This document shows positions 50,255 through 60,256 of a stretch of 64,000 nt of DNA, one piece after another (the first letter of the stretch is position 1; each line of letters starts with the position of its first letter). Below the pieces are notes generated by a model. It did not search any database. It was given only the letters and a program-made list of their open reading frames with translations, and was not told the DNA's origin. The stretch is from the sequence record OZ035789.1, one strand, 5' to 3'. The stretch is from Tequatrovirus BCH953P4. The translations under genes and the position numbers were made by a program.

Positions 50255-50473
50255 TTATTTCTCTAATATAAAATAAAAATCATCATCTGTTAAATGATAC
50301 CGATAGTTTAATTCTACACCATTAGATTTAAAAGCGGTATCATACGGATTTTCTGGATCAATATCAATGTCAAGAGCTAAAACTTCCCTGAGATACATTT
50401 TAAGTAAATAGGGAATAGCTTCAACTTCAGGTATTTCTTCCAAGAATCCGGAGAGGTTAATCGTTAGCCTCAT
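50255..50473 (-). CDS. Hypothetical protein (72 aa)
   Basis: ORF track. Confidence 0.45.
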
Positions 50474-51014
50474 ATAAAAAATCCAAACTAGGAGAATCGT
50501 CTACAACACTTTTCTTTTCAGCCCCCGGTGTTCTATAGGTTGATTCTTCGTAATGCGTCATTTTATCGTAGATGTCTTGAATAAAAGTTTCATCTACTAA
50601 CGCAACCATATCGTCGTCACGGCTGTCATAGACATTGTGAACGAAGTAACTATATTTCTTTGCAACTTCCTTACGTTCTTTTTTAATACGTTGGACGAAT
50701 GCATTAAAACAAGCTTGAGTTATATACGCATGTGGGTTTTTATATTTCGTTTCATCAAAATTATGAAGCCCCTTAATAGAAGCTTCTATACCATCTGCAA
50801 TCATTTCTTGTTTCCAAGACTGGGTGTATCCTGAAAAGTTGAAACGTTTAGATAAGCCTTCTGCAATAAGCATAATGGCTAATCCGATAGTATCATTCTG
50901 ACGAACTACTTTATTTGGGTCTTTATTATTTGCTAATTCTGTTTTCCAATCGATAATAGCTTGTAAAAGCTCTTTATTGTTTACGTAATTATATTTAGGC
51001 TTAGTTTCTGACAT
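50457..51014 (-). CDS. 55: Late-transcription sigma factor gp55 (185 aa from ATG at 51014)
   Basis: Sequence [17 protein letters not shown]...; track start is a GTG extension. Confidence 0.9.
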
Positions 51015-51096
51015 TTTCACCTCTTAGCTCAATTCATAGATCTATTATATCATAATATTTGAAGATCTATCTTAAAGCATAGAGGATGAATCAATT

Positions 51097-51312
51097 TCAA
51101 GAATTCATCAGCTTAGCCGCTCCAAGAGCTGCATCTAGTGAATCAAATTGGTCAACATATTCAATCAATTCGCCGTAATTAGCATATAACCACCATTGGC
51201 TAAATTCATACTCAAGGATGAATCCATTTCCTTCAATTTGAGTTAAACCATTGCCATTTGTATTTACTTCATATCCGGCAAGACGCAAATCGTTAATAAG
51301 AGCTTCGTTCAT
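51097..51312 (-). CDS. Hypothetical protein (71 aa)
   Basis: ORF track. Confidence 0.45.
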   Translation of the reverse strand: MNEALINDLRLAGYEVNTNGNGLTQIEGNGFILEYEFSQWWLYANYGELIEYVDQFDSLDAALGAAKLMNS

Positions 51313-51314
51313 AA

Positions 51315-51641
51315 TTATACCTTAGTAATTTTCAGGTCTGCAAATTTTTTCTTGCGTTGATTTTTCATGCGACGAATAGTTTTATCGGAAATTTCATGCT
51401 TTTGATAAGCTTTAGATTCTACACCAAAAGCTTTAACATCAAATTCTGACAAGATATATTGAACCAACAATTCACGGACAGTATTGCGTCCAATCTTCTG
51501 ATCATTCTGTTTCATCGTCTGATGAAGCTCTTTTTCCCATTTATCCAAAATTTGAGGAGTTACAATATCGCCTTTTTCTAGCAAAGAAACTACTTTATCA
51601 TATGCGTAAGAATTAATGACGTTTTTAATTTGAATAGTCAT
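51315..51641 (-). CDS. Hypothetical protein (108 aa)
   Basis: ORF track. Confidence 0.45.
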   Translation of the reverse strand: MTIQIKNVINSYAYDKVVSLLEKGDIVTPQILDKWEKELHQTMKQNDQKIGRNTVRELLVQYILSEFDVKAFGVESKAYQKHEISDKTIRRMKNQRKKKFADLKITKV

Positions 51642-51679
51642 ACATTATCCTCAATTACGTTAAAATTTTATTATCCAAA

Positions 51680-51695
51680 AAGGGCCGAAGCCCTT
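51680..51695 (-). terminator. Stem-loop followed by T-rich tract
   Basis: AAGGGC-CGAA-GCCCTT; T-rich sequence follows on the minus strand. Confidence 0.45.
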
Positions 51696-51894
51696 AGCTA
51701 AACTTTTTGGCACCCTTCCAGCCTTCATACATCATTGCGGCTGATATTAATATTGCTCCTGAGCAACTCGAATATTTGTGATTCCAAAACCAGTTTAGAA
51801 AAACTTCATCATCAATACCTTGGGCTATCATATTTTCAAAGAACTGACGACGAGATTCGGCAATTCGTTGTGATAATTTAGATTCAGGATTCAT
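51694..51894 (-). CDS. Hypothetical protein (66 aa)
   Basis: ORF track. Confidence 0.45.
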   Translation of the reverse strand: MNPESKLSQRIAESRRQFFENMIAQGIDDEVFLNWFWNHKYSSCSGAILISAAMMYEGWKGAKKFS

Positions 51895-52110
51895 TTAAAT
51901 TTTCCAGTTACCGTTTTCATCAATAAATTTAATCCAGTCATTTACTGACCACTTAGTTGTATCGCCTTTTGGAGTAGCATTTAAAGTATATAGCCCTTGC
52001 TTAAAAAGCATTCGTTTGATATTCATATTTTCCTCAGCTGTAACGATAACACTCGTTTGATTTACGTTTAGCAACTCGTTGAGAAGTATTATAATCAAAA
52101 TCATCGTCAA
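51895..52110 (-). CDS. Hypothetical protein (71 aa)
   Basis: ORF track. Confidence 0.4.
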   Translation of the reverse strand: MTMILIIILLNELLNVNQTSVIVTAEENMNIKRMLFKQGLYTLNATPKGDTTKWSVNDWIKFIDENGNWKI

Positions 52111-52327
52111 TGTAAACTGATTTTTTCAACTTTCTTACTTCACCGCGTAATTGGCGATTTAGCTCATCTTTAACTTCTGAATCAATACCTTTCATTCTAC
52201 GCCATTTATCTGAGCGAAAAATGTTTTCAACCATATCTTTATGACTTACACCGTCTGGAGCTTTACGCTTTCCGAAATAGTCATAATCACGCACTTTTAA
52301 GTCTTTACGACGATACGTTTTACCCAT
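52034..52327 (-). CDS. Hypothetical basic protein (97 aa from ATG at 52327)
   Basis: Track ORF trimmed to the first in-frame ATG. Confidence 0.4.
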   Translation of the reverse strand: MGKTYRRKDLKVRDYDYFGKRKAPDGVSHKDMVENIFRSDKWRRMKGIDSEVKDELNRQLRGEVRKLKKSVYIDDDFDYNTSQRVAKRKSNECYRYS

Positions 52328-52496
52328 GGAGTTTAATTTCCTTAGCAACTGAACTAAATACAGCACGATCGCAAATCATCTGTTTATTCCATTTAAGTAC
52401 AGTATAATGAACATCTAGATCATCTACTGCTGTAACAATAACAATATGTCCGTTAACACGATAATACTGATCTCTTTTAATCTCTTTATCAACCAT
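52320..52496 (-). CDS. Small hypothetical protein (58 aa)
   Basis: Hand translation MVDKEIKRDQYYRVNGHIVIV...; SD GAGGA; not in ORF track. Confidence 0.3.
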   Translation of the reverse strand: MVDKEIKRDQYYRVNGHIVIVTAVDDLDVHYTVLKWNKQMICDRAVFSSVAKEIKLHG

Positions 52497-52526
52497 ATCA
52501 AATCCTCAAAGGCAATTCATATGTTA

Positions 52527-52556
52527 ATAATACCACAGTTTGAACTTGTTGTAAAC
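52527..52556 (-). promoter_or_regulatory. Early promoter (-35 GTTTACA, 17 bp, -10 TGGTATTAT)
   Basis: Plus ATAATA-CCA (52527-52535) and TGTAAA (52550-52555). Confidence 0.55.
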
Positions 52557-52637
52557 AACTTTGTGAAAAATATTTTAGGGAATGATAAGAAAGGAACGAT
52601 AGATTAGAATGGTAATATACAGAATGTGAGAAAGAAA

Positions 52638-52650
52638 GGCCCAGAGGGCC
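52638..52650 (-). terminator. Terminator-like hairpin after nrdH
   Basis: GGCCC-AGA-GGGCC followed on the minus strand by a T-rich run. Confidence 0.5.
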
Positions 52651-52654
52651 CGTC

Positions 52655-52963
52655 TTAATCTTCTATGATATCTCTATCATATCCAAGTGAAATGAGAGTT
52701 TCTTTGAAGTGTTTAATGTTCTTTTGTCTAGAATCATTAATGAAAATGACTGGATAACGAATGTTAAGAGATGTGAATCCAGCGCGTTTAGCAAGAGATA
52801 CAATCAGTGGACGATCATACTCAATCTTACCATTATTTGTAAGAACTTTATAGAAAGTAAAAGGAGCATTGAGCTCCTTTAGAAGTTTTGTAACTGATTG
52901 ACACCCAGGACAACGACCTACTTCATCTGGAATTCCATAGACTTCAATCTTGTTTTGTTTCAC
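52655..52963 (-). CDS. nrdH: Glutaredoxin/thioredoxin-like protein (102 aa, CPGC motif)
   Basis: ORF track; CxxC redox motif; position next to nrdG. Confidence 0.6.
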   Translation of the reverse strand: MKQNKIEVYGIPDEVGRCPGCQSVTKLLKELNAPFTFYKVLTNNGKIEYDRPLIVSLAKRAGFTSLNIRYPVIFINDSRQKNIKHFKETLISLGYDRDIIED

Positions 52964-52965
52964 AA

Positions 52966-53178
52966 CTATTCCTTACTAAGAGCAGCATTCAGCTTATTAG
53001 TAATTTTATCCAGACGCTCATTGAACTCACTAGAAGACAGTCCTTTTTCTGGAGAAATCAAACTAATCACGAAAAATATAGCAATAAAAGGAATAAGGAA
53101 AATAGCTCCAACTGCCATAAACAGAAAGAATGTTACAGTTGTAAGAAAATCAGCTAAACCTTTACGAAATTTATACAT
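52966..53178 (-). CDS. Small membrane protein (70 aa)
   Basis: ORF track; hydrophobic core. Confidence 0.45.
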   Translation of the reverse strand: MYKFRKGLADFLTTVTFFLFMAVGAIFLIPFIAIFFVISLISPEKGLSSSEFNERLDKITNKLNAALSKE

Positions 53179-53296
53179 TTACCTTTACCTTTAATTGATT
53201 AACCAAGCATTGATAAGCACTAAACTATATTGCGAATAAAATTCTGGACCAAAATGAAAAATCATATCATTTATAGTGTCCATAATATAATTCAAT

Positions 53297-53767
53297 TTAA
53301 TCATGTTTCCACACCCCATCGGTATTTGACCAAAGTCGCTGATTATCTGATCCTCGCCACAGCTTTTTGGTCGGAAGATTTTTCTCATACTTCCCATCAA
53401 TAATAACATCAACATATTTAAGCATTTCTAGTTGTTTAATATCTTCAAACTTATATCCTGTCCACAACCAAATGCTTTTATTGGGATAAAGATTTTTAAT
53501 AGTTTGAACCACAGAGTGAATCACGTCTCTGTTATCAGGATAAAGAGGGTCACCTCCGGTTATAGTCAATCCTTCTATATAATCATTATTCAAACATTCA
53601 ATTAATTGTTCTAGTGTTTCACCAGTGAATGGAACACCATTTCTAGCATTCCATGTTGATTTATTATAACACCCTTCGCATTTATGCAAACAACCTGTAA
53701 CGAAAAGAACGACCCTGCATCCAGGGCCATTCACAAAATCACAGGGATAAAATCTATCGTAATTCAT
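53297..53767 (-). CDS. nrdG: Anaerobic ribonucleotide reductase activase NrdG (156 aa)
   Basis: ORF track; radical-SAM CxxxCxxC cluster motif. Confidence 0.88.
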   Translation of the reverse strand: MNYDRFYPCDFVNGPGCRVVLFVTGCLHKCEGCYNKSTWNARNGVPFTGETLEQLIECLNNDYIEGLTITGGDPLYPDNRDVIHSVVQTIKNLYPNKSIWLWTGYKFEDIKQLEMLKYVDVIIDGKYEKNLPTKKLWRGSDNQRLWSNTDGVWKHD

Positions 53768-55037
53768 TGGTGTTTAACCCTATGCATGATTTCTTTGTTT
53801 TTACCGAGATTAAATCCGCGTTCGTTCGGGTTTCCAAGATATCCGCATGTTCTTCTTATGGTATTCATCTTTTTAGGATCAGTTTCTCCACAAATAGAAC
53901 AAACAAATCCGTTTTCAGTAGGAGTCATTTCATGGGTACTTCCGCATGTAAAACATTTATCTACCGGCATGTTAACACCAAAATAATCTAAATGTTGTGC
54001 AGCATAATCCCATACGGCCTCAAGGCCTTTTAAGTTATTTTTCATATCAGGAAGTTCAACATAAGAAATGTGACCACCTGTCGCAATGAAATGATATGGC
54101 GCTTCACGAGAAATCTTTTCAAACGGAGTAATATTTTCTTCTACTGAAACATGGAAACTGTTAGTGTACCAGCCTTTATCGGTAACATCTTTTACACTTC
54201 CATATTTTTCTGTATCAAGTTTACAGAAGCGATAACAAAGGTTTTCAGCAGGAGTCGAATATAAACTAAAAGCAAATCCAGTTCTTTCAGTCCACTGTTT
54301 AAGATGAGCATTCATCTTAGTTAAAATTTCTTGTCCAATATCACGACCGACAAGAATATTCAATTCGTGAATACCAATGTATCCTAGGGACACTGAACTT
54401 CTACCGTTTTTAAATAACTCAATTATGTCGTCATCAGGTTTAAGACGAACCCCGAATGCACCTTCTTGGTAAAGAATAGGAGCAACAGTAGCTTTAACTC
54501 CTTTTAAGGAACTAATTCTACACATCAAAGCTTCAAAACATAAATCCATTCGTTCATTAAATAGCTCAACAAATTTCTGTTCATTGAACTGTGTTCCAAT
54601 ATAAGAATCTAACGCAATGCGAGGAAGATTCAGTGTTACAACACCAAGATTATTACGTCCATCAAGAATTTCATTACCAGTTGAATCTTTCCATACGCTC
54701 AAGAAACTACGGCAACCCATTGGAGAAACAGGAACAGATGAACCAGTGATAGCTTTATTGTTTTTAGCTGAAATAATATCAGGATACATCCTTTTGCTTG
54801 CACACTCTAGAGCAAGCTGCTTAATATCATAGTTCGGATCGTCTTTATAAAGATTAACACCTTCTTCGACGAACATAACAAGCTTAGGAAAAATAGGAGT
54901 TATCCCATCACGACCGAGACCTTTAATACGATTTTTCAGAATTGCTTTCTGAATCATTCGTTCAGTCCAGTCAGTTCCCGTACCAAATGTAATTGTTACA
55001 AAAGGTGTTTGTCCGTTAGAGCTGAAAAGTGTATTTA
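53764..55037 (-). CDS. nrdD: Anaerobic ribonucleotide reductase NrdD, exon 2 (3' splice junction approximate)
   Basis: Track ORF 53764-55095 trimmed at an inferred splice site after G 55038; C-terminal glycyl-radical and Cys-rich region. Confidence 0.6.
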
Positions 55038-55069
55038 CTTCATCATTATATTCAGCATGAGTCGCAAAT

Positions 55070-55840
55070 TCATGCCCGTTTATATGAAACAACAAAATTT
55101 GGATAGTCCATAGATATGCAACGTTCTTTTATAGTGCTAGGATGAAAATTTAGCGCTTTAGCTGCTTCTATATAAGACGTATACTTAATACCGTCAACAA
55201 CCACATATTCAGGAACTTTATGAATAGTAGTCTTAATACTCAAAACAAGAGGATGAGTTTCGACTTCACTTTCAGTGCAATTTAAATATTCCGCTGCTTT
55301 TTTAAAACTTCTAAAAGTTTTATTTTTAAGCTTTATCGATACTTGTTTTTTACTTTTTCGACTATTGATATTATTTTGCACATGTTCCTTAGATCTTCCG
55401 TTTTTAGCATAATATTCAGCTACAGAAGATTTTATATTGTTTTTATGAGATTCGGATAACACTTTACCCTTATGAGCATCTCTTAATTTTTGAATATGTT
55501 CTTCAGTATCCGGATGCTTATAAAACTTTTTACCGCCTATGGATTTATTTAAACATTTTTTGCTATAAAAATATTTACGTATGACCTCTTCTTCATGTTT
55601 TAATGCATCTTTATAACTATCAAATGTTTTTAAAATTATCCATTTAGTAGGTGTATCAGTTTTTAAGCGTTCATTTATATACTTAGATGACGTTGTGTAA
55701 GTTTTCCAGTTTGTGGGCTTGTTTTTAATTGTTCTAAATTTTTTATAACCGATATAAATGTCGCCATTAGAAAACTTAACTAAGTATGTAAATGCGTCTT
55801 TATCTTTTATTTTAGTACAACGTCTTTTTATCCATTTCAT
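55070..55840 (-). CDS. Intron-encoded GIY-YIG homing endonuclease, I-TevII-like (256 aa)
   Basis: ORF track; AFTYLVKF...DIYIGY motif; located in the 3' part of the intron. Confidence 0.8.
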   Translation of the reverse strand: MKWIKRRCTKIKDKDAFTYLVKFSNGDIYIGYKKFRTIKNKPTNWKTYTTSSKYINERLKTDTPTKWIILKTFDSYKDALKHEEEVIRKYFYSKKCLNKSIGGKKFYKHPDTEEHIQKLRDAHKGKVLSESHKNNIKSSVAEYYAKNGRSKEHVQNNINSRKSKKQVSIKLKNKTFRSFKKAAEYLNCTESEVETHPLVLSIKTTIHKVPEYVVVDGIKYTSYIEAAKALNFHPSTIKERCISMDYPNFVVSYKRA

Positions 55841-55869
55841 TGTTTCACCTCGTATTCATAAGATAATCT

Positions 55870-55877
55870 TATTTATA
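55870..55877 (-). promoter_or_regulatory. Late promoter TATAAATA inside the intron, upstream of the endonuclease ORF
   Basis: Plus TATTTATA, about 30 nt upstream of ATG 55840. Confidence 0.6.
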
Positions 55878-56088
55878 CAAGATGACTGCTGCATGTCGCC
55901 ATGCAGATTAGACTATATCTTCATCTTTCGATGCCGGCCGTTTCGAATAGCATTAGCTTCTATTCTACACCGCTACATTCATCACGGTTAGTCGTTAGGC
56001 ATTTAGTTCAAAAGAACATTTAGCACGGGATTGTCTACTAGAGAGGTTCCCCGTTTAGACCGGTTTTACATGAGCCTGAATTAAATTA

Positions 56089-56626
56089 ACTCATACGCCT
56101 GAAACGCGTCGTATACATCTTTTTCTGTTTTAGATTGAGCATAATTCAACGCATCAGCGATTTGCCATTTTTCTGCATCCTCAATATGTTTTGCATAGGT
56201 GCGTTTAACATAAGGAGAAAGTACTTTATCTACATTAGCAAAAGTCGTTCCGCCATATTGGTGAGAAGCAACCTGTGCAGTAATTTGTGCCATAATTGCA
56301 GTAGCAACACCGATTGATTTAGGAGTTTCAATCTGTGCATTACCAAGCTTAAATCCGTTCTCAAGCATTCCTTTTAAATCTACTAAACAGCAATTAGTAA
56401 ATGGAAGAGCAGGGGAATAATCAATATCGTGGAAATGAATAATTCCGCTTTCATGCGCTTTCATAATAAAAGACGGGACCATATTTTTGGCAATGTGTTT
56501 AGACACAATACCAGCCATAAGGTCCCGTTGAGTTGGAAAAACACGAGAATCTTTGTTAGCATTCTCGTTTAAAAGGTCTTTATTAGTTTTATGAATCAAT
56601 CCTTCAATTTCTTTTTCAATTGTCAT
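56089..56626 (-). CDS. nrdD: Anaerobic ribonucleotide reductase NrdD, exon 1 (5' splice junction approximate)
   Basis: Track ORF 56081-56626; 5' splice site placed after the U of GAGU by analogy with T4. Confidence 0.6.
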
Positions 56627-57096
56627 TTTAAACTCTTTCTAAGCTGCTTCTTAAATGAAGCTATTAATTGTGTTTTGGTGTCAGATTCATTATATTCAAA
56701 TCCTCTTTGAAGCATCTCGGCCATCATTTCCTCTTTTCCTAAACGAGAAAATTCCTTTGATTTATCTCCAACAAAGTTAGGGTGAATATTATTTTGGGTG
56801 TAATCGGATTTTAAATAAGTAAGTAAATTTTCTAACCATTCAAGATAATCAACACCTTGTCCCTTTAAGCCAGAACGATTAAATTTATGCTTCATTTGAC
56901 CTTCTGCGGCATTGCAGAGATTACAAAGCAATCCACGTACCTTTCCTGCTTTTGGTCCATTTAATTCATGGTCATGGTCGAGGTGATTAGCTTGAACATC
57001 AGGATTTAGTTCTCGTTGGCAAATTAAGCATTTACCGTTTTGTGCATCATAAAATTTCTGTTTTTCTTCTTTATATAATTTGCCAGTCAATAACAT
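56623..57096 (-). CDS. 49: Endonuclease VII gp49, Holliday junction resolvase (157 aa)
   Basis: ORF track; zinc-binding Cys cluster and HNH-like motif; T4 gp49 length. Confidence 0.88.
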   Translation of the reverse strand: MLLTGKLYKEEKQKFYDAQNGKCLICQRELNPDVQANHLDHDHELNGPKAGKVRGLLCNLCNAAEGQMKHKFNRSGLKGQGVDYLEWLENLLTYLKSDYTQNNIHPNFVGDKSKEFSRLGKEEMMAEMLQRGFEYNESDTKTQLIASFKKQLRKSLK

Positions 57097-57137
57097 AATA
57101 AACCCTTACCTTAAATAGATAAGGGTATTTATTATTT

Positions 57138-57623
57138 TCAAGTATTGTAAAACATTTGATGCAATCGCTTATATTGCTGAATCATTCGGTCAGAAAAAGA
57201 AATTTGATTTTCAAGCCATTCAATGTATTCTGCGGCAGCTTGCATCAGGTTACCTTCATAGCCATCGTTATTTTCTTGCGCAGCTAATTTAGCTAATGCG
57301 TATGAAATACGTTCACCTTGAAAAGAGGCTTCAGGCTTCTGAACAACTTGATTAGTTCGCTCTACAACTTCTTCAATTTCGCCAATTTCGACTGATTCAG
57401 TATTCCACAAGCACCAATACGTAATTGGCTTATCGTAGATATTAATAATCTTTCCATCAGAAAGTTCAATTTCAATAATTCCAGTATCAGGCTCTATATC
57501 ATCTTCACATTCTTTTGCAAGTTCACGAACTTTAAAGACAGTACCTGCACTAAGTTCAGGCCAGTAATTACACAGCCCTGTATCAGCACGATTAATTCTA
57601 AACCACTTATCTACTGTAATCAT
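57138..57623 (-). CDS. pin: Pin-like protein (161 aa from ATG at 57623)
   Basis: Position after 49; trimmed length equals T4 Pin; track start is TTG. Confidence 0.5.
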   Translation of the reverse strand: MITVDKWFRINRADTGLCNYWPELSAGTVFKVRELAKECEDDIEPDTGIIEIELSDGKIINIYDKPITYWCLWNTESVEIGEIEEVVERTNQVVQKPEASFQGERISYALAKLAAQENNDGYEGNLMQAAAEYIEWLENQISFSDRMIQQYKRLHQMFYNT

Positions 57624-57746
57624 GTCCCATCTCCATATCAATTAAGTCATTTATCGTTGGTTCATTATATACTGTTTCTTCATCAGTGTAAACCGGTTCT
57701 TCCGGCTCTGGCTCTACAGTTTCCCATCTAGCCGCCCACCAAGGTT

Positions 57747-58067
57747 TTATAGCGTAATCCATTCTCTTACTGTCTGAGTTACTACACGTTCTCGAAGCTC
57801 AACCAGTTCAACGGTAGGAACTGCATAATACCAGTCAGAATGGTAAGAACCTGAGCGAGATTCATTTACGGAAACATATACGTAGTGTTTTGGGCTAAAG
57901 TAAATTACTCGACGATATTGGCATTTGCCTTGTTGAGTCCATTCTTCGGATTCAATCGGAATAAGATAGTCGGAAAAATCGAAATCATAGTTTTCCGAAA
58001 ATGCATCATGGTCTTCAATGATTTCGCTCAGAACTGCATCAACATCTAATTTATTTTCAGTATTCAT
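57747..58067 (-). CDS. Hypothetical protein (106 aa)
   Basis: ORF track. Confidence 0.45.
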   Translation of the reverse strand: MNTENKLDVDAVLSEIIEDHDAFSENYDFDFSDYLIPIESEEWTQQGKCQYRRVIYFSPKHYVYVSVNESRSGSYHSDWYYAVPTVELVELRERVVTQTVREWITL

Positions 58068-58078
58068 TTTTTCACCAA

Positions 58079-58273
58079 TTAATTTCGCAATTTATTAAGT
58101 TCTTCATAATCAATCCAGGATTCTAATCCTGATGGCAAATCAGATTCAATTTCCCAAAGAAGTTCTTCAATTTTATGAAGACGATCTAATTCTTCAGCTG
58201 GAATAGTAACCATTGACGGAGTTCTTGATACACTAATATCGTAAATCATATTTACCCCAGTTTGACCATGCAA
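58079..58273 (-). CDS. Hypothetical protein (64 aa)
   Basis: ORF track. Confidence 0.4.
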   Translation of the reverse strand: MHGQTGVNMIYDISVSRTPSMVTIPAEELDRLHKIEELLWEIESDLPSGLESWIDYEELNKLRN

Positions 58274-58467
58274 TCACCGTATTTCCACTTAGAAATAGAC
58301 TTTTCACCATTAGAATAATAAACTTCGAGTTTAGCACGATTATTTTTAATTTGAATAACCTTGGCTGTCATCAAAGTTCCATACCCATAATAAACTGCAA
58401 CTTCATCACCTACATATACCGTGCTTCCGCGGTAATCATGAATATAGTCAGTTCCTTCGAGCATCAT
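58252..58467 (-). CDS. Hypothetical protein (71 aa)
   Basis: ORF track. Confidence 0.45.
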   Translation of the reverse strand: MMLEGTDYIHDYRGSTVYVGDEVAVYYGYGTLMTAKVIQIKNNRAKLEVYYSNGEKSISKWKYGDCMVKLG

Positions 58468-58727
58468 TTAAAGTATTCCCGCAATTGATCAAATCCACCA
58501 ATATGACTTCCATCAGGAGCAAATACCTGAGGCATTGTCAAGCCGATTTGAGTATCACGACCTAGTTTAGTCAGAAGCTCAGCGATTTTCTCATCATCAA
58601 AAACACCTTTTTCCGGCATAATGTTGATAAATTCAAACGGCTGTTTCTTCACGGTCAAAAGACGTTTTGCATTATCGCAATACACACATTTATGAATGTT
58701 GCTATCATAACCATATACTTTAAACAT
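58464..58727 (-). CDS. nrdC: Thioredoxin/glutaredoxin NrdC (87 aa)
   Basis: ORF track; CVYC redox motif; T4 NrdC length. Confidence 0.82.
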   Translation of the reverse strand: MFKVYGYDSNIHKCVYCDNAKRLLTVKKQPFEFINIMPEKGVFDDEKIAELLTKLGRDTQIGLTMPQVFAPDGSHIGGFDQLREYFK

Positions 58728-58728
58728 A

Positions 58729-58971
58729 TTATTCCTTAATTCCTAGTACTTGTTTAAAAGTCTCGTCGTAATCAAGACTTTGGCCCGTTTGTTCTTTATG
58801 TTTGTATATAATATCACTTACTTCTGATAGCATATTTTTATATGAACGAGTTAAAGCAGATTTAAGCACGCTGTATCTATCAGGAAATTTACCATGTTCA
58901 TTATAATAAGCTATTGCTAATTCACGGACTGCTTTTTCAGCAATCTCCATACATTCTTTACGCTTGGTCAT
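58729..58971 (-). CDS. Hypothetical protein (80 aa from ATG at 58971)
   Basis: Track ORF trimmed; its N-terminal 53 codons overlap the upstream gene in another frame. Confidence 0.4.
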   Translation of the reverse strand: MTKRKECMEIAEKAVRELAIAYYNEHGKFPDRYSVLKSALTRSYKNMLSEVSDIIYKHKEQTGQSLDYDETFKQVLGIKE

Positions 58972-59275
58972 TTTCTTCTCTCTCAAATCGATGTTTGCAA
59001 TGACGGCATTTATAACGAAGATTACTAGTCTGCCAATGGACCAATTGCACCTGTTCAGTTCCACATTCAGGGCAATTAGGAACGTTTTTAGAAGCGCGTT
59101 CGCGGCGTTCAACCATAACCATAATGGCATCCCAAGCAGGAGGTTTAAAGTCTAAATCATCACAACCATGAATCTTTCCACGCATTTCCAAATCGTCTTC
59201 TTCACCGGACATAATAATTTTAATTAAACTGGAATTACTTGAAGCTGCAATGTCTTCTAATAGACGCTTTTTCAT
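58958..59275 (-). CDS. Zinc-ribbon protein (105 aa)
   Basis: ORF track; CPECG...CRHCKHRF. Confidence 0.5.
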   Translation of the reverse strand: MKKRLLEDIAASSNSSLIKIIMSGEEDDLEMRGKIHGCDDLDFKPPAWDAIMVMVERRERASKNVPNCPECGTEQVQLVHWQTSNLRYKCRHCKHRFEREENDQA

Positions 59276-60198
59276 TTCAATACCTCAATAGCATTACGTA
59301 AACCATTTGCTTTTGCATTAAGAGCTTTTAACAATTTGGTGTGTTCTGCAATTTGGGCTTCAACTTCAATCAAACGAGCATTGAGATATTCGCGTTCTTC
59401 ACTCAGATTATCAACCTTTTCTACTTTAGGTTCTTTTACAACTGGCTTATACGTATTAGGGTTCTTCAGTTTAATTAGAATGCGTGAACTGTATAACATT
59501 GAACCATTATCTTCGGTTTCATCATACATTTCTACTACGTCCATGATTTTTAACATCATGCGAAGTTTATAAGACAACGAACGAATAGTTTTGTTGTGCT
59601 TATTAATTTCTCTAGCTGTCATGGTGCCGAGATTACGTGAGTAATAATAAGGAACCTGGATATTAATTAATACTGATGAACCACCTGGCTTGTGTGTTAC
59701 TTCATCAGCAATAACCCAGTCCTTAACATGAACTGTATTTGTACGGTCATCGCCAGCGGTAAACAGTTTGCGAGCATGCTTAAAAAGCATATTCACTTGA
59801 GTATTGAATTGACAAGCAAATTTATCAGCAAATTTAGTTTCAGGAATGGTAGATAACCAATCAGCCAAATGGGTCTTTTTAACATCGTTAATAATAGTAA
59901 ATTCAACCAAATCAGTTATAGATGTCGCAGTTTTAATGAAGCTCGGCTTCATAAAGTTTTTAATGTTATCACGAGCTACAGTAGAAGATAACATACGAGA
60001 ACGTTTAAACCATTCAAGCAAATTGCCCAATGAATGAGAATAGGCGTTCTGAGTATCTTTACAGATATGATTTTCCTGGCCAACATATTGAAGGAAATCA
60101 CGAAGAATATTATTGATTACTGCTCTGTGTCCTATCTGATAATTACGGTGTTTAGTAATAAGACTATCAAAATAATCAATATAATGTTTACGAGTCAT
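59272..60198 (-). CDS. Hypothetical protein (308 aa from ATG at 60198) with C-terminal coiled coil
   Basis: Track ORF trimmed because the promoter overlaps the extension; ATG 60198 has SD GAGGAG. Confidence 0.55.
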   Translation of the reverse strand: MTRKHYIDYFDSLITKHRNYQIGHRAVINNILRDFLQYVGQENHICKDTQNAYSHSLGNLLEWFKRSRMLSSTVARDNIKNFMKPSFIKTATSITDLVEFTIINDVKKTHLADWLSTIPETKFADKFACQFNTQVNMLFKHARKLFTAGDDRTNTVHVKDWVIADEVTHKPGGSSVLINIQVPYYYSRNLGTMTAREINKHNKTIRSLSYKLRMMLKIMDVVEMYDETEDNGSMLYSSRILIKLKNPNTYKPVVKEPKVEKVDNLSEEREYLNARLIEVEAQIAEHTKLLKALNAKANGLRNAIEVLK

Positions 60199-60226
60199 AT
60201 TAATCTCCTCAGTAGAAAGTAAGAAC

Positions 60227-60256
60227 ATTATACCACATCCTTGTGGCAAAGTAAAC
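60227..60256 (-). promoter_or_regulatory. Early promoter (-35 TTTACT, 17 bp, -10 TGGTATAAT)
   Basis: Plus ATTATA-CCA (60227-60235) and AGTAAA (60250-60255); near-identical to the cassette at 13166-13195. Confidence 0.6.

Larger units (their letters stand above)
55038..56088 (-). mobile_element. Group I self-splicing intron in nrdD (sunY-type) carrying a homing endonuclease ORF
   Basis: nrdD reading frame interrupted; core segment CTAAACGGGGAACCTCTCTAGTAGACAATCCCGTGCTAAAT matches the T4 nrdD intron as I remember it; boundaries +/- a few nt. Confidence 0.7.

Noticed and set aside
53684-53991. Plus-strand ORFs 52898-53194, 53684-53986 and 53767-53991 near nrdG/nrdD
   Set aside because: Antisense to nrdG, nrdD and the small membrane ORF; no start signals.
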